From Octopus vulgaris (Eukaryota), in assembly GCA_951406725.2 (NCBI GenBank), contig OX597823.1, positions 116,188,001 through 116,252,000 of the forward strand: DNA of 64,000 nt, given 5' to 3'. Every line of letters begins with the position of its first letter. Within the stretch, counting starts at the first letter, position 1. A program made the translations under genes and the position numbers. Below the pieces are notes generated by a model. The model searched no databases. It had not been told where the DNA came from and worked only from the letters and a program-made list of their open reading frames with translations. This document shows positions 23,564 to 37,269 of the stretch, piece after piece.

Positions 23564-25092
23564 TTAAGACGGACATTGATGTTGATTGATTGATTATTAC
23601 AGTGTAGGGTGTCATTTTTGAGAAGTAATGATTATATGGTGGATAAATGAACAGGTTTTGCCCTATTCCACATCACTGAATTACATGGTGCCCTGATGTG
23701 ATTACAGGTATGGCATGATAACTGTAAGGTTAATAACTACTCAACTACTAACCACATTGTCGTAGTTTCAAACTTAAAATTATTTCATTGCACTTAAAAG
23801 TGCTGCAGGTATAATGAGAATGTCAGAAAAATTCATAGTGGATGATGATGATGACGATAATGATGATGATGATGATGATGGCAGTGGTGGCACTGGTGTT
23901 GTGTGTGTGTGTGTGTGTGTGAGTATACACACACACACACAGAAGGTTTCTGATGTTAAGTCTCTTAATTTTTTCTATTAATTGGATATAGTTAATTTAC
24001 ATAATTTTAGATATAATTTTGCTTCAAAGTCACCAAGACCTGATTCTACTCCTTACTTCACCTGGGGTGGCTGATTGCACGAAAAATATACAACTGCAAA
24101 TATAATTTCTGTAGAAATTAAATTATAACCCTTCTTCAGATACAGAACAATAAATGTAAGCATTAAATAATGTAAAACTGGACTAATAATGTGCATTTTT
24201 AGGGAAGATTTTTAAAAATTTATTTATGGAGTGTCTTATGAGAGATTATGATATATATGTCTATTTAGCTTTTCTTGTATTAGTCCCTTAGATATTAAGA
24301 AAGCAGTGTTAAATGGATAAGAATTCTAAGGAAGCGAATAAAGGAAAACTTAATTCCTTGGTGGTGTGACATCTCTGCAAACATTTAACAGATCAATCAC
24401 AAAATTATATATTGTATCTTTTCCAGAAATGAAGATATATTTTCTGTTAAGTAGAAATGTTTTTTCTCTGTCTTCATTTCCTGATTGAAGAAAGAGACTT
24501 TCCTTTCTATCATTATTTTGCAAGCAATCAGTCTTTGAGTGACATATATTGAAGCTTCTCTCTATATTTGGAAGTATCTGTTGTTGGAAAACTTTACAAA
24601 ATGTCTTGATTTTTGACATCATTTGTCTAATGGAAGGCATACATTACAACCTCATCAGCAGGACATTAACTAAAAGTGAACAATTTATTTTTAATGAAGT
24701 ATCATAAATACATCCCTCACCATACACAAACACATATGTTTGAAAGTGTATGCTTGCTCACGCTTTGCTCAGCAGCAGCTGTCATCACTGTCAATGGTGA
24801 TGAATGATGCTGATTAAATTGATGAACTGATGATGATGATGGTTAAAAAATAAATTCTAAAAGACACACACACACACACACATGCATACATATATAATGT
24901 CAATGTGCCTGAATTAAGATCTGGATGATATAAAAGTTAAAAGTAAAATCTTAACACTGGAAAACTTTCCATGCAACAATGTTGGTTAATTTTCCAACAT
25001 TGTTACAATACTTGCAGCACCCTTTTATTTTTTTAACAGGGTATCATACTCAAATACCTCAGTTCGGAGAAAACCGTCCTATTTTTATCAAA

Positions 25093-25335
25093 AGATTCGA
25101 GTGAGGTCGTTGTCAGTTCCGCCTGACTGGCCCCCGTGCTGGTGGCACGTAAAAAGCACCCACTACACTCTCAGAGTGGTTGGCGTTAGGAAGGGCATCC
25201 AGCTATATAGAAACTTTACTAGATCAAGACTGGAGCCTGGTGCAGCCATCTGGTTCACCAGCCCTCAGTCAAAATCGTTCAACCCATGCTAGCATGGAAA
25301 GTGGACGTTCAACGATGATGATGATATGATGATGA
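25093..25335 (+). mobile_element. Family D element
   Basis: ggcgttaggaagggcatccagc ... (GAT)n tail. Confidence 0.85.
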
Positions 25336-25339
25336 TTGT

Positions 25340-26760
25340 CACTGAAATTCATTTACAATCATTGCAAAGCTACTCCAATAAGAAGCATTAACCATGAAGG
25401 GTAAATAGCAGAATGGTGTCTAAAGATTTCACTGAAATTCTTGTCGCAGTGACATATTTTCCACAGTGGTCACATTCTGTAACAATGTCTTCATCAATCA
25501 GGAGTTGATGTAAAAATGATTATCTCAATTGTTCCCTCACTTCATCAACACAAAGCAGGAAATCAAGCCAGTTCCATATTTATGGTATGTTTTAATTCAT
25601 CACTCACTTCCAAAATTAAAAAAAGGAAGAGAAGAAAATTAGTCATATACTTACGTTTATGATAACAACTCTACCAGATTTGTTTTTAAGATCTTGTCAC
25701 CTGAGAGTAAAGCATTTCACAAAAGGTCATGTAATGTGTATGGAGCTGTTGATGAAACGTTTTGTGATCTTTTTTAAAAAAATTACATTTTTGTGCAAGT
25801 TTTTTAAGGAATCTGACAGACTTGGTATCATGAGCATACTTATGGTACCCACCTTTTTTCCTTTCCTGTTTTCTGGTTTTGGAAAAATAGCAACAAAACA
25901 AACATGCCTGAAAAATGTGACAACGGTAGTAATTCTCTTTACCTTCCAGCAACAGAAATCAATATTCTTTGTTAATTGAAATTGAAACACGAAATGTAGA
26001 ATGAGCTGCAAAACCATTTCATAGAACAGCTAACCCAGCATGCAACAGTGAGAACTTGTTGATCCAAACATATTGCCACATGTTCAATGTGTTTGGTTAA
26101 AATTCGTCTAGGGTTATCAACAAAGGAAAGAATTGAATTTGAGTTTTTGCTCTGTATTGCATCCATTAAAGCGTCAAGAATTTGTTGTTCTTGTTTCAAT
26201 ATTTTCCTTTTTTTACTCTGTTTTAGTTTTGTGTAGTTTGCTGTGGGCCATGTCTGGATTTGATTTTAAAAAATGGAAAAAAAATTAGACTACATTTGGT
26301 ACTGACAACCCAAAGATGAATTGATGAAGGAAACTTCCATTATGGATACAGGAATTCTACAAATCAATGATATGGCACCTCTCTATCTCCTCACCAATAT
26401 TGTTGTGATGCTTCCATTTTTGGCCTTCTGCTATAAACTACTTCCATTTCAAAAGAGTCCCAAAAAAAAGAATCCCAAATAATCTGAGATTCCTCAAAAC
26501 AACAGTATTGAAATTAAATATATTTTAAATCTGAGATACAGAACAAGTTCCAAATTCACTGGCTTCATTCATGTCTCTATCAAACTTTCCAGACTTGGTT
26601 AAGTCCATTTTTAATGCTTCTTCTTTATTTGTGTGACATGACTGTCCACAGCAGATTCCAGTTCTTCAAATGAGTCTGTCACTGATCTGTGCAATAAAAT
26701 CAGGCACAAAGGATATTTTTCTGAATGTTAAAGCACTGACCAACTAAATTCTTCCAAATG
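25340..26760 (-). pseudogene. Heavily decayed Helitron RepHel (linker and PIF1 helicase)
   Basis: EKYPLCLILLHRSVTDSFEELE (cf. ERYYLRLLL.HV.GPTSFEDL), EQQILDALMDAIQ...FVDNP, NGFAAHSTF (cf. GGRTAHSTF). Confidence 0.6.
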
Positions 26761-26976
26761 ACAATCTGTTTTCTCGTCCTTTTCTTTTTTATTTCTTTCT
26801 TTTCTTTTCTTTTTCTTTTTTCTTTTTGTCATTTTATTGGAATACGATATATCTGTTGCAAACTTGTCTAATAAAATGTTTGAGTGAGAAGTGTTTCATG
26901 ATTTCTGTCAATTTTTATTGTTCTCAAATACTATCTGCTGTTAATTTTCACAATGAATTGTTAATTGATCAATGGA

Positions 26977-27009
<33 letters not shown>

Positions 27010-27017
27010 GTATGTGT

Positions 27018-27160
27018 GTATATACATATAACTGTTAATATTATGAGTATACTTGTGTTTCATATATATTTGTGTGTGTGTGTGTGTTTGTACATATAAC
27101 TGTTAATATAATGAGTATACTTATGCTTCATATATATTTATGTGTGTGTGTGTGTGTACA
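27018..27160. repeat. Tandem duplication of about 70 bp
   Basis: tacatataactgttaatat.atgagtatactt occurs twice. Confidence 0.85.
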
Positions 27161-28689
27161 TAAAGGAATTCAAGAAAATATATCTGTGTCTATGTGTACA
27201 CATTGTGTGTATGATCACCTACATGCACACATCTGTGTGTTTGCGTGTGTGTGTGTGTGGGGGGGTATCTATGAACACCAATATGTACACACATGTGTAC
27301 AACTTTACACACATGTCTTTATTTGCCTATATATGTGTTGCTTTCTGTTTAACGAAGTCTATTATAATTACCACAGCCCCGCCCTTCCACTGACTCAGCT
27401 CAATGTATTATTATTTGTCTCTCTCGACTGAGTCTATTGAAGTCAAACAGAACGTATTTGCCATCAGACTTTGTTCTCTGATGCTTTCATTGATCATTAA
27501 ACTTTTATCTTCTTTTATTTTCACTTATTTTTTTTTTTATATATTCATTCCTTTTCCCTCGCCATTTTTTGAAAGTTATTATCTGTTTACCTTATTGGGA
27601 AATATTTATTTTGGTAATGAATCGCTCCCTGGGGAGTCGTGTCCCACCTCGGTTTGCAGCACTGATTCAATTTCAGCTGAACGTCTCCAACATGTATAAA
27701 CATCTCTGAACTACTGACTTTGTAGATCAGTTGAATAGACTAATTAAATTAAGTTAAATATGACAAGGTGGAGTGATGAGAGAGAGAGAGTGTGTGTGTG
27801 TGTGTGTGTGTGTGTGATGGTGTAGAATGACGAAGGGTTAACACAGTACTTAAATAAAAAATGATGATATGCAATTATGTGTTTCTGTGTGAGATACAAA
27901 GGCAAATGAGAGGAAACCTCAAAGCTGCAACTCATGATGTTCCCTTCGCTGCCCTAATTGCACACAGCAAGTCTGGTCATCATCAAATTTTTACGAAATA
28001 TCTTTCTTGAGTTTTAAGTGATCAAAGCAATTATCTTATCGTGAATTATTTCTCCATAAGCATCCCTAGTACAAGCAAGAATGAGGTTTCGTGATGTCAC
28101 AAAAAGAAATCTTAAAATATTTAACTGATGATAGGGAACATCTTGTCATCAAAACATAACTAAGGCCTCTAGCCAGTGGATATTGCATGCAATTTGAGAA
28201 AAGCTGAATTGCATACAAAATAGTGAAATGAAATGGCAACAAAATTCTTGAGAATTGTGGGGTTTGTACAGAGCAAAAATCTATCCAGAAGTGCTCTCAC
28301 TCGTACCATTTGTGGTCATATTATGCTTACAAAAGCCAGTATTATTTGCTATTAAATGATGCTCATGTGCACAAAAGTTCTATAAACCCCTGTTAAATAC
28401 TCCTGTCATTTATGCTCAAAGGTGTGCCCATCTACTGTCAAATTGATAATATAATGAACGAATGTGCAAACGCTGACAGTGATGTCCTCGATCAAATTTC
28501 ATGGCACATGTATCCTAACAAATTCTACACAACCGAGCTGAAGAAGCTGGCTAACTCTAACCCATCATACAGAACCTCCACAAAACTGATGTAGATAAAG
28601 GAAAGTAGTCATGCTTGAGACTAAACAGGCACCCACTGATATATATATATACGTACATGCATACATATATATATGTATATATCTATACA

Positions 28690-28840
28690 TATTATTAAAA
28701 TTATAATCTAGGGTATCTAACAGATACCCTAGATTATAATTTTAATAATAATTACCTTTGAAGGTTTATATTCCCATGCTGGCCACTTGATAAGTTCAAT
28801 ATTTAAATAACATTCTTACCCTTATTTATATAAATTTATA
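28690..28840. repeat. Perfect 29-bp hairpin plus tail (foldback F3)
   Basis: 28690-28718 is the exact reverse complement of 28722-28750; loop aac. Confidence 0.85.
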
Positions 28841-28846
28841 TATATG

Positions 28847-28891
<45 letters not shown>

Positions 28892-28899
28892 TATATTAT

Positions 28900-29051
28900 A
28901 TTTCGTTTTGGGATTTAGTTTGCAAGAGTCAAGACTATTGAAAAAGTTGCAAGACACAATGAAAATTTAAGGAAAATAGGGGAAATTTTACCGGTGAGTA
29001 TGTTAAATTATAAGGCACAAAAAGAAAATTATCTTCCCGGACACAACAGAA
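28900..29051. mobile_element. Foldback family F1, copy 3
   Basis: Starts atttcgttttgggattt, ends acacaacagaa; within (TA)n. Confidence 0.7.
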
Positions 29052-29071
29052 TATATATATATATATATTTA

Positions 29072-29125
<54 letters not shown>

Positions 29126-29886
29126 AATAACAACCACTTATGTATATGAACAAACTTACATTTGTTTTTAAGAACCATTGAATGTGTATCATGTGACACA
29201 GACAAGAAAGTGATATTTTGAATGAAGTATTGCCATTAAGACATCAGAAAAATTATATATATATATATTTGTGATCCTTTTACAGGTGCTCAGTCCTTTA
29301 TAAGTGCCAATGCCATGCAAAATGTATTCATTCTGGTACTGTATAAATGCACCCAGTTCAATCTACGTAGTGAATGGTATTAGTACGGCCATCCAGCTAT
29401 AGAAACCCTCATTTACACTTGTGATGGAGCCACTATCTCCATCACAACTATAAATACCAGCAGCCTTAGTACCACACTGATGCACTCCAACCTTCCCTTC
29501 ATCCTTGTAACTGCACATGTTCCTCTTTCCCCCTTTTCTGCAAGAATGCTACTCTGACCAACCATTACTCCACTATTAATCTTCTCACCTCTGCACATGG
29601 AACCCTCTCAAAAGCTTTCTCCAGCTCAACAAACCTAACGAGTAACTTCTTCATATCTCATGCTTCTGCTGTAACTGCCCAACAGTAAAAACAGTATTAG
29701 TTGTCTCTCTCTCTTCCAAGCATAAATCCACATTGTATTGATCTTTCAATGATTCCTCTATAAACACATTTTAGGTTGTCCAACACACTGTAACCGGAAC
29801 TTACCATTATGCTTTCTCTAGACTTGTCATCACTGCTGTGTCATCACTAACTTGTTATTGCTATATTTTCTTTAAGTGACAATACA

Positions 29887-30325
29887 GGGCCTGGTGATTC
29901 AGATGTTTCACTCGTGATCACAAGATCGGGGTTTCACTTCTCTGACTGGGTGTTGTATTGTGTTCTTAACCCTTTCATAACTAACCCGGCTGAAACCGGC
30001 TCTGGCTCTGTAGTACAAATATCTTGTTTTCATAAGTTCTGAATTAAAATCTTCCACCAAATTTATGTTCCTAACACTAACTGAATCATAACTAAGTTAT
30101 TTTTTCTAAATTCTTTCTTATATTTAAAATAATTGAAAGAAACACAAATCATCTCAAAATAAATACAGTAATGAAAGGATTAAGCAAAACACTTCATTAA
30201 CTCTTATTCCATCCCACTCAGCTGTAAATGAGTAATCTTGTGACTAATTGATATCCCTTTCAGTGGGGTAAGTTGTGGCCTTGGTCTTATGGAAACTGAG
30301 AAGTCAGCCCTATGAGTTCAAGGAC
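29887..30325 (+). mobile_element. Decayed B'-like SINE split by a MITE
   Basis: gtgttc|ttaa|gcaaaacacttc...ccactcagctg rejoins across the MITE. Confidence 0.65.
29970..30179. mobile_element. piggyBac-type MITE (210 bp)
   Basis: TTAA TSD at 29966-29969 and 30180-30183; TIRs ccctttcataact / agtaatgaaagga. Confidence 0.85.
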
Positions 30326-30459
30326 GAGAGAGACATATTTTCTCTAGAACATATTTAGATACGACATAGTGGTCTTAATGGAAGCTGAGACAGAGAACAA
30401 AAGAGAGTTCCTGCTCAGGGGGAGAGAATTGCTTTGAGGCATATTCTTCTTTTGTCTTC

Positions 30460-30856
30460 TCTTTACTCTTGTACTCTTTTACTTGTTTCAGTCATTTGAC
30501 TGCGGCCATGCTGGAGCACCGCCGTTAGTCGAGCAAATCGACCCCTGGACTTATTCTTTGTAAGCCTAGTACTTATTCTATCAGTCCTTTTTGTCGAACT
30601 GCTAAGTTACGGGGATGTAAACATCAGCTGTCAAATTTGGGGGGACAAACACAGACACGCAAACACATATATATACATATACATATATATATGACGGGCT
30701 TCTTTCAGTTTCCTTCTACCAAATCCACTCACAAGGCTTTGGTCGGCCCGAGGCTATAGTAGAAGACACTTGCCCAAGGTGCCACGCAGTGGGACTGAAC
30801 CCGGAACTATGTGGTTGGTAAGCAATCTACTTACGACACAGCCACTCATGTGCCTA
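30460..30856 (-). mobile_element. SINE family A, full length
   Basis: tRNA head with GGTTCAGTCCC B-box; AAAGAGT-repeat tail. Confidence 0.92.
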
Positions 30857-31442
30857 TTCTGTGGACAAACATTTTCTTTTTTTCAAAGAGTGAAAATGAG
30901 CAAAAAGAAGAAATATAAAGAAATGCTGAACAACGATTTGAACTTGAAAACCTGGGCCTTTTGAGAGGGTTTTCTTACTGCTTGAACACAAGCAGTAAGC
31001 AAGAAGCATTGGTGTTAACAATGAATATGTAGGAAGCTGTACAGTGGTGGAAGAGTAACTGGTTATTCCAAGAAATTTATGGATAATCTATTGGTTCTTG
31101 GACAAGTAGATCGGAAGAATTAAAGCTGGAGATTGTCCCTGAACAAAGAGAACAGTAATGATGAAATAGTCATAACCTTCATTGTATCATGTCATTTTCT
31201 TGGCCAAGTAATTAAAATTATGTCTTCTTCACTGAGTTTTATGTTTCGGTGCTGGCGAACCGGCTTTGATTATATTTAATACCATTTCTTGTATAAGTGA
31301 AGCTAGTGTTGCAGTGTGTGTAGATGAGATAACAGCTTATTGAAGACTGGTAAACATGACTGTTGCCTACTTCTACTATTTCTTGTTATCAAGAAATGCC
31401 ACAGCACTAAAGCACGCACATATACATTCATTCATACATACA

Positions 31443-31501
<59 letters not shown>

Positions 31502-31558
31502 TTATATTTATGTATATACATATATATATATATATGTGTGTGTATGTGTATGTGTGAA

Positions 31559-31893
31559 GGCACATGGTTCAGTGGTTAGAGCATCAAGCTTACAATTGTG
31601 AGGTTGTGAGCTCGAATCCCGGACTGGGCTGCGAGTTGTGTTCTTGAGCAAGACACTTTATTTCGTGTTGCTCCAGTTCACTCAACTGTAAAAACGAATT
31701 GTGACATCACAGGTGCCAAGCTGTATCAGCCCCTTTGCCTTTCCCTTGGATAAGGCTGGTGGCCCGGAGAGGGGAGGCCGGTATGCATGGGTGACTGCTG
31801 GTCTTCCATAAACAACCTTGCCTGGACATGTGCCTGGGAGAGTAACTTTCTAGGTGCAATCCCATGGTCTGTGTCGTGACTGAAGGGGGTCTC
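31559..31893 (+). mobile_element. SINE family B
   Basis: Homologous to 602-932. Confidence 0.9.
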
Positions 31894-31918
31894 AACGAAT
31901 ATATATATATATATTCGT

Positions 31919-31957
<39 letters not shown>

Positions 31958-32000
31958 GGGCTATATATATGGAATATATATATATATATATATATATATG

Positions 32001-32036
<36 letters not shown>

Positions 32037-32039
<3 letters not shown>

Positions 32040-32200
32040 TGCAGGCATGGGTGTGTGGTTTAAGTTTGCTTCACAACAACATGGTTCTAGGTTCAGTCCC
32101 ACTGCGTGGCACGTTGGGCAAGTGCCTCCTACTATAACCTCGAGATGACCAAGGCCTTGTGAGTTGAATTGGTGGATAGAAACTGAAAGAAGCCTTTCAT
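32037..32200 (+). mobile_element. SINE family A, 5' half
   Basis: ggtgcaggcatgg...ggttcagtcccactgcgtggcac. Confidence 0.85.
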
Positions 32201-32566
32201 ATATCATCATCATCATCATCATCATCATCCTCATGTTCATAATTTAATGTCCATTTTCCATGTCTTGGTGAATTTATTTGAGAATTCATTTAGATAGAGT
32301 TTGTGTGTCTGGAATTCTCAGCCACTTTGCATGCTAATTCAGTGACATTGCCCAAATTAGAATTTGTGCAATTGCTCAAACAACTGGGTAGTTTATATGT
32401 CAAAATTGGCAGGAAAGCCTAATATATATGTAGAAACATACAGACACACACACACACACACACCTTTTAATTTTTGGTAAATTCTCTTTCTCTCCCTCTC
32501 TTACTTCAAAAGCAACTGTAAGTGACAGCACCAACAGTTGCCATTCAAATTTCCTATGTATATACA

Positions 32567-32598
<32 letters not shown>

Positions 32599-32955
32599 AC
32601 TATCCCCACTTAATACTGCCTCTGTCACTAATATATATATATATTAGTGCTTACATTTGGTACTATTGTGGTCATGTGATTGAAATTCGAGCCTGATTAC
32701 ACCACTTTTCTCTTTGGCTTTACAGTGTAAGCATGGCCACTCCACTAGGAATGTGCACCAAAGTAGAACAAAGAGCAGTGGTCCAATTTCTCTGGTTGGA
32801 ACCTGTGTCAGGTATTTAGAACAGCCAGCAGACCTTGGTGCTGTCTTCTGACTTGACCAGTTCCTGTCAAACCATCCAACCCATGCCATCATAGAAAATG
32901 AATGTTAAATGATGATGATGATGATGATGATAAATAAATATATACACACACATAG

Positions 32956-32986
<31 letters not shown>

Positions 32987-32991
<5 letters not shown>

Positions 32992-33283
32992 AAAGATACA
33001 GATAAGGAAGTAATTTTGTTCTCAAATGCAGGATAATACTAATAATATAGCATGAGCAGGATAAACCATACATATTTTGCTGAAAAATCTGTCAGCAGCC
33101 AAGCATGGGACTTGAACTCACATTCGTGTGATTACATGCATAGTTTATCCTATCCATGTTATATTATTAGTATTATCCTGTGTTTGAGAATAAAATTATT
33201 TCCTAATCTGTATCTTTCAATACATCTCAACACTTCTAAAGTAAACTTTGTTTGTTGACTTTCAACGCAAGTTGAACTTAATA
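32987..33283. repeat. Foldback element F4
   Basis: Arms about 32987-33073 and 33136-33222 plus about 60 nt tail; flanked by (TA)n. Confidence 0.75.
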
Positions 33284-33376
33284 TATATATGTGTGCGTGT
33301 GTGTGTGTATTTAGGTATGTATGAATTTGTATGATATAAAGGTTTGCATGTATATGTGTTTATATATATATATATA

Positions 33377-33890
33377 TCATCATCATCATCATCGTTTACC
33401 GCCCGCTTTCCATGCTAGCATGGGTTGGATGATTTGACTGAGGACTGACGAACCAGATGGCTGCACCAGGCTCCAGTCTTGATCTGGCAGAGTTTCTACA
33501 GCTGGATGCCCTTTCTAACACCAACCACTCCAAGAGTGTAGTGGGTGCTTTTTACGTGCCACCTGCACGGGGACCAGTCAGGCAGTACTGGCAATGACCT
33601 CACTCAAATCTTTTTACACATGCCACCGACACAGGTGCCAGTGAAGCGACGTTGGTAACGATCACGCTCAAAATGGTGCCCTTTTATGTGCCACGGGTAC
33701 AGAAGCCAGTTGGCTACTCTGGCAACGATCATGCTCGGATGGTGTTCTTGGCACCCTACAAGCACAGGCATAAGTGCTAGCAAGGCGATGCTGGTAACGA
33801 TCACACTCGAATAGCCTCTCTGTCAACGATCACACTATTATGGTGCTCTTTGCATCCTGCTAGCACAGATGCCAGTCATCGAAATGATTT
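33377..33890 (-). mobile_element. Family D element with several tandem units
   Basis: (CAT)n tail and repeated units. Confidence 0.88.
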
Positions 33891-34551
33891 TGATTTGATT
33901 TTGATTTTGATTATATATATATATTGTTTGCAGAAGACATCACTCCAAAAGGAGAAGTACACTCTAAAGTGTAGAGTAGTATATATAAATATATATATAT
34001 ATATATATAAGTATGTATGTATGTATGTATGTATGTATCCAGTTTATAATGTCATATAAGATTGCTTGCAAAAAGACTGATTCAATTATTTTGTTGTTTC
34101 TCTACACCTTAATTTGCTGTTTAATGCATGTAGCATAGAACAGCAGGTGTTTATTATAAGAAATCCAGTCAAGGGGAAACAATGTTGTTTACCACTGAGA
34201 AAACAATTGCTTCCCTGATGAAATAGACATCATTACTGGTCTAATAATAATAATTTTTCCATATTCTGTGCCCTACCCCTTCCTCCTCTCCCCTTTACTA
34301 TCACTTTCCTATTCACTGTCATCTTGTAGAGCGATCTTTTAATAACATGGTTACAACAGACAAACCATTTCACACGTTCAACTTATTGACTCCTTATTGC
34401 GTCTTTATTATTAACAAAATAAAGTTATTATTTTTGGTTTTCATTAAAACTTTCTCCAATTTATCTCTGTTGTTCCTACAGCTACATTAGTTGAAGAAGG
34501 CTGTTAAATATTTCCTTAGGCAAAGATCGTTTCTTTTCTTCTACTACTTAC

Positions 34552-34631
34552 GTTACCTTGTCACCTGAATCAGCAGTTTTCCTTTTCCTTCTAATTATAA
34601 TTCTCTAAGATGATAACATTGTTGGATGTTC
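34552..34631 (-). other. Candidate non-coding exon
   Basis: tttacag|GAAC...TAAC|gtaagt; stops in all three frames. Confidence 0.3.
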
Positions 34632-35751
34632 CTGTAAATTTGCAAGCCTCTTTTTACGGATAGGTAATTAATTAAATCACTTCGTTCCAGTTGATTGTCA
34701 TCATCTGTCATTGATGGCACATCTAAACCTATTACTGAACTCTACTTTTAGTTGTCTTTTAATTAGTATAACAATCTTCACCATAAATATTGATTAATTT
34801 CAGACAAGTATTTCCCCTTTATTTTAGTTAAGATTTGCTACTAATCTTCTGCTCTTTAACCCTGTTGCAGTATATAACTCAGGTGCCATCACAACAGTAA
34901 TCAGCCATGAAACATATATAGCAGACTCCTTCTTCTCAACCTTCTCTTTCACACTGTAATTATTTCATACATGATATTATGAATTCTTCATCCTGAATTC
35001 AAATGGTAACCCTTAACCTCATAATCTTGTATGAAATTTATTGTAAGCTGTTCTAAATACAATCAACATGATAGAGAGTTCACCTGAAATCTGCTCTTTT
35101 TCTCTTCCTTATAACTTTTATTTTTATTCTTATTCTTTGAGAGCTTAAATTAAATTCTGAATGTTAATAATAAAAATTATAATTAATGCAGCACTAGATT
35201 AATTAAATAATGTTAAATCGTTTGCTATTGTTGTTTCTTTCAATGAGAGATAGGTGTGTTGGATAATATTAGCCATTAAAAATGTTCTTTCTTAATCTAG
35301 GCTGATTCATAAATTTAATATTACCTCAACGACTGCATAAAACCTCACCTTCCCCCTTAACCATGAACAACAGTTAAAACTTTCATATTCTTCACAACTG
35401 TTTTACTTCACAATCTCCAATAATCTTTTATGGTGTGTGAAAGAGTGAGAGAGAAAGAGACAGATAAACCAACAGCAAACGTGTGTGTGTGTGTGTGTGT
35501 GTGGTATGAAATCCCTGATATTAACGAGCATAATATCTACCTGTTAGGGAATATCAGATAGTTGAGTACAATGAATTTGAAATGGTATAAATTGTTCCAC
35601 CTGCCCAAACTATACATACTCCAAGGTAGACAACTGAAATAATTGCATATTCTAGTCTTCAGTTTCTTATTTGAGACACTTGTTGGATTCTCCAAACTTA
35701 TACATTGATTTAATCTCTACAATGTAACAAAGTACTATCGTGTTGTAATAA

Positions 35752-36012
35752 TCATCATCATCATCATCATCATCGTTTAACGTCCGCTTTCCATGCTAGC
35801 ATGGGTTGGACGGTTCAACTGGGGTCTGGGAAGCCAGAAGGCTGCACAAGGCTCCAGTCTGGTCTGGCAGTGTTTCTATAGCTGGATGCCCTTCCTAACG
35901 TCACCCACTCCTAGAGTGTTGTGGGTGCTTTTTACTTGCCACCGGCACAGGTGCCAGGGGAGGCTGGCAACGCCCACGATCGGTTGGTGCTTTTTACGTG
36001 CCACCGGCACGC
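35752..36012 (-). mobile_element. Family D element
   Basis: (CAT)n tail, ggatgcccttcctaacg. Confidence 0.88.
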
Positions 36013-36244
36013 TGATGTGGGGCCTACAATTCTTATCCTTCATTATAGAAGGAGATATGGCCTTAAAATATTCTAAGGTTGGAAATACAAACCCTCATCA
36101 CCAAACCACACACAAACAAATACCTTCACATAATATTACTACATTTAATCTTATGACTTTGTAAATTCTCCAATCCAAATATCTTTTACTAAGCCACAAA
36201 CTTATATTATTTGCAGATTAGATGAGGTAATCCTAGATACACTA

Positions 36245-36457
36245 TTCTCTTTTACTTTCTTTTACTTGTTTCAGTCATTTGTCTGCGGCCATGCTGGAGC
36301 ACTGCCTTTAGTCGAGCAAATCGATCCCTGGACTTATTCTTTGTAAGGCCAGTACTTATTCTATTGGTCTCTTTTGCTGAACTGCTAAGTTACGGGAACG
36401 TGAACACACCAGCATCGGTTATTAAGCGATGCTGGGGGGACAAACACAGACACACAA

Positions 36458-36506
<49 letters not shown>

Positions 36507-36675
36507 CATATATGCGACAGGCTTCTTTCAGTTTCCATCTACCAAATCCACTCACAAGGCTTTGGTTGGCCTGAGGCTATAGTAGAAGACACTTGCCCAA
36601 GGTGCCACGCAGTGGGACTGAACCCGGAACTATGTGGTTTGTAAGCAAACTACTTACCGCAAAGCCACTCCAGCA
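36245..36675 (-). mobile_element. SINE family A, full length
   Basis: Homologous to 30460-30856. Confidence 0.92.
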
Positions 36676-37269
36676 CATTAATTTCTCAAGCCAGTCAGAA
36701 GAACTTTCATCATCGTAACCAACAGAGTATCAGTTTTAATGTTTGAAACAAAAAACAAAAAAATGGGGGATCATGGATGAAATATTCTTGACTAAGACAG
36801 AATTAAACCTCAACGCCGACTTACTTCAGTTTTGTCAATATGTGAAAACCATGAAAGATTAAATCATAGTATAGAATTAGATTTGACAGAGGCTTTTGGT
36901 TCCAATTGGAAGCTTATTCAACCAGTCTTGTGTAGTCCAACATTTAGGTAGACTTGTCTTTGTGGTACTGATACATTTTACCCCAAGAATGGAATTTCAA
37001 TAGATTACATCCTTTTTGGAAAATGAATGTTGGTGCTTTACTTTGCAAAAGAAGCAGAGGTAAATGTTAATTTTATGTTGTTGTTTTAAAGCAGTTTAAA
37101 AAATAACAACAAACTATTTATTCATGGGTTGACTCAATACTAAAAGTAGAGTTAAATTTATTATTTTATTTTGACTAAGAATTTAAGTTTTGCAACACAC
37201 CTTGTTCGAGACTTAAATGCTAAACTGGTTAATAGCATTAACTCCATTGCTGCTGCTGCTGCTGTTGCT

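Noticed and set aside
24350-24640. 96-aa minus-strand ORF
   Set aside because: No recognisable motif or splice support; possibly a decayed transposon piece
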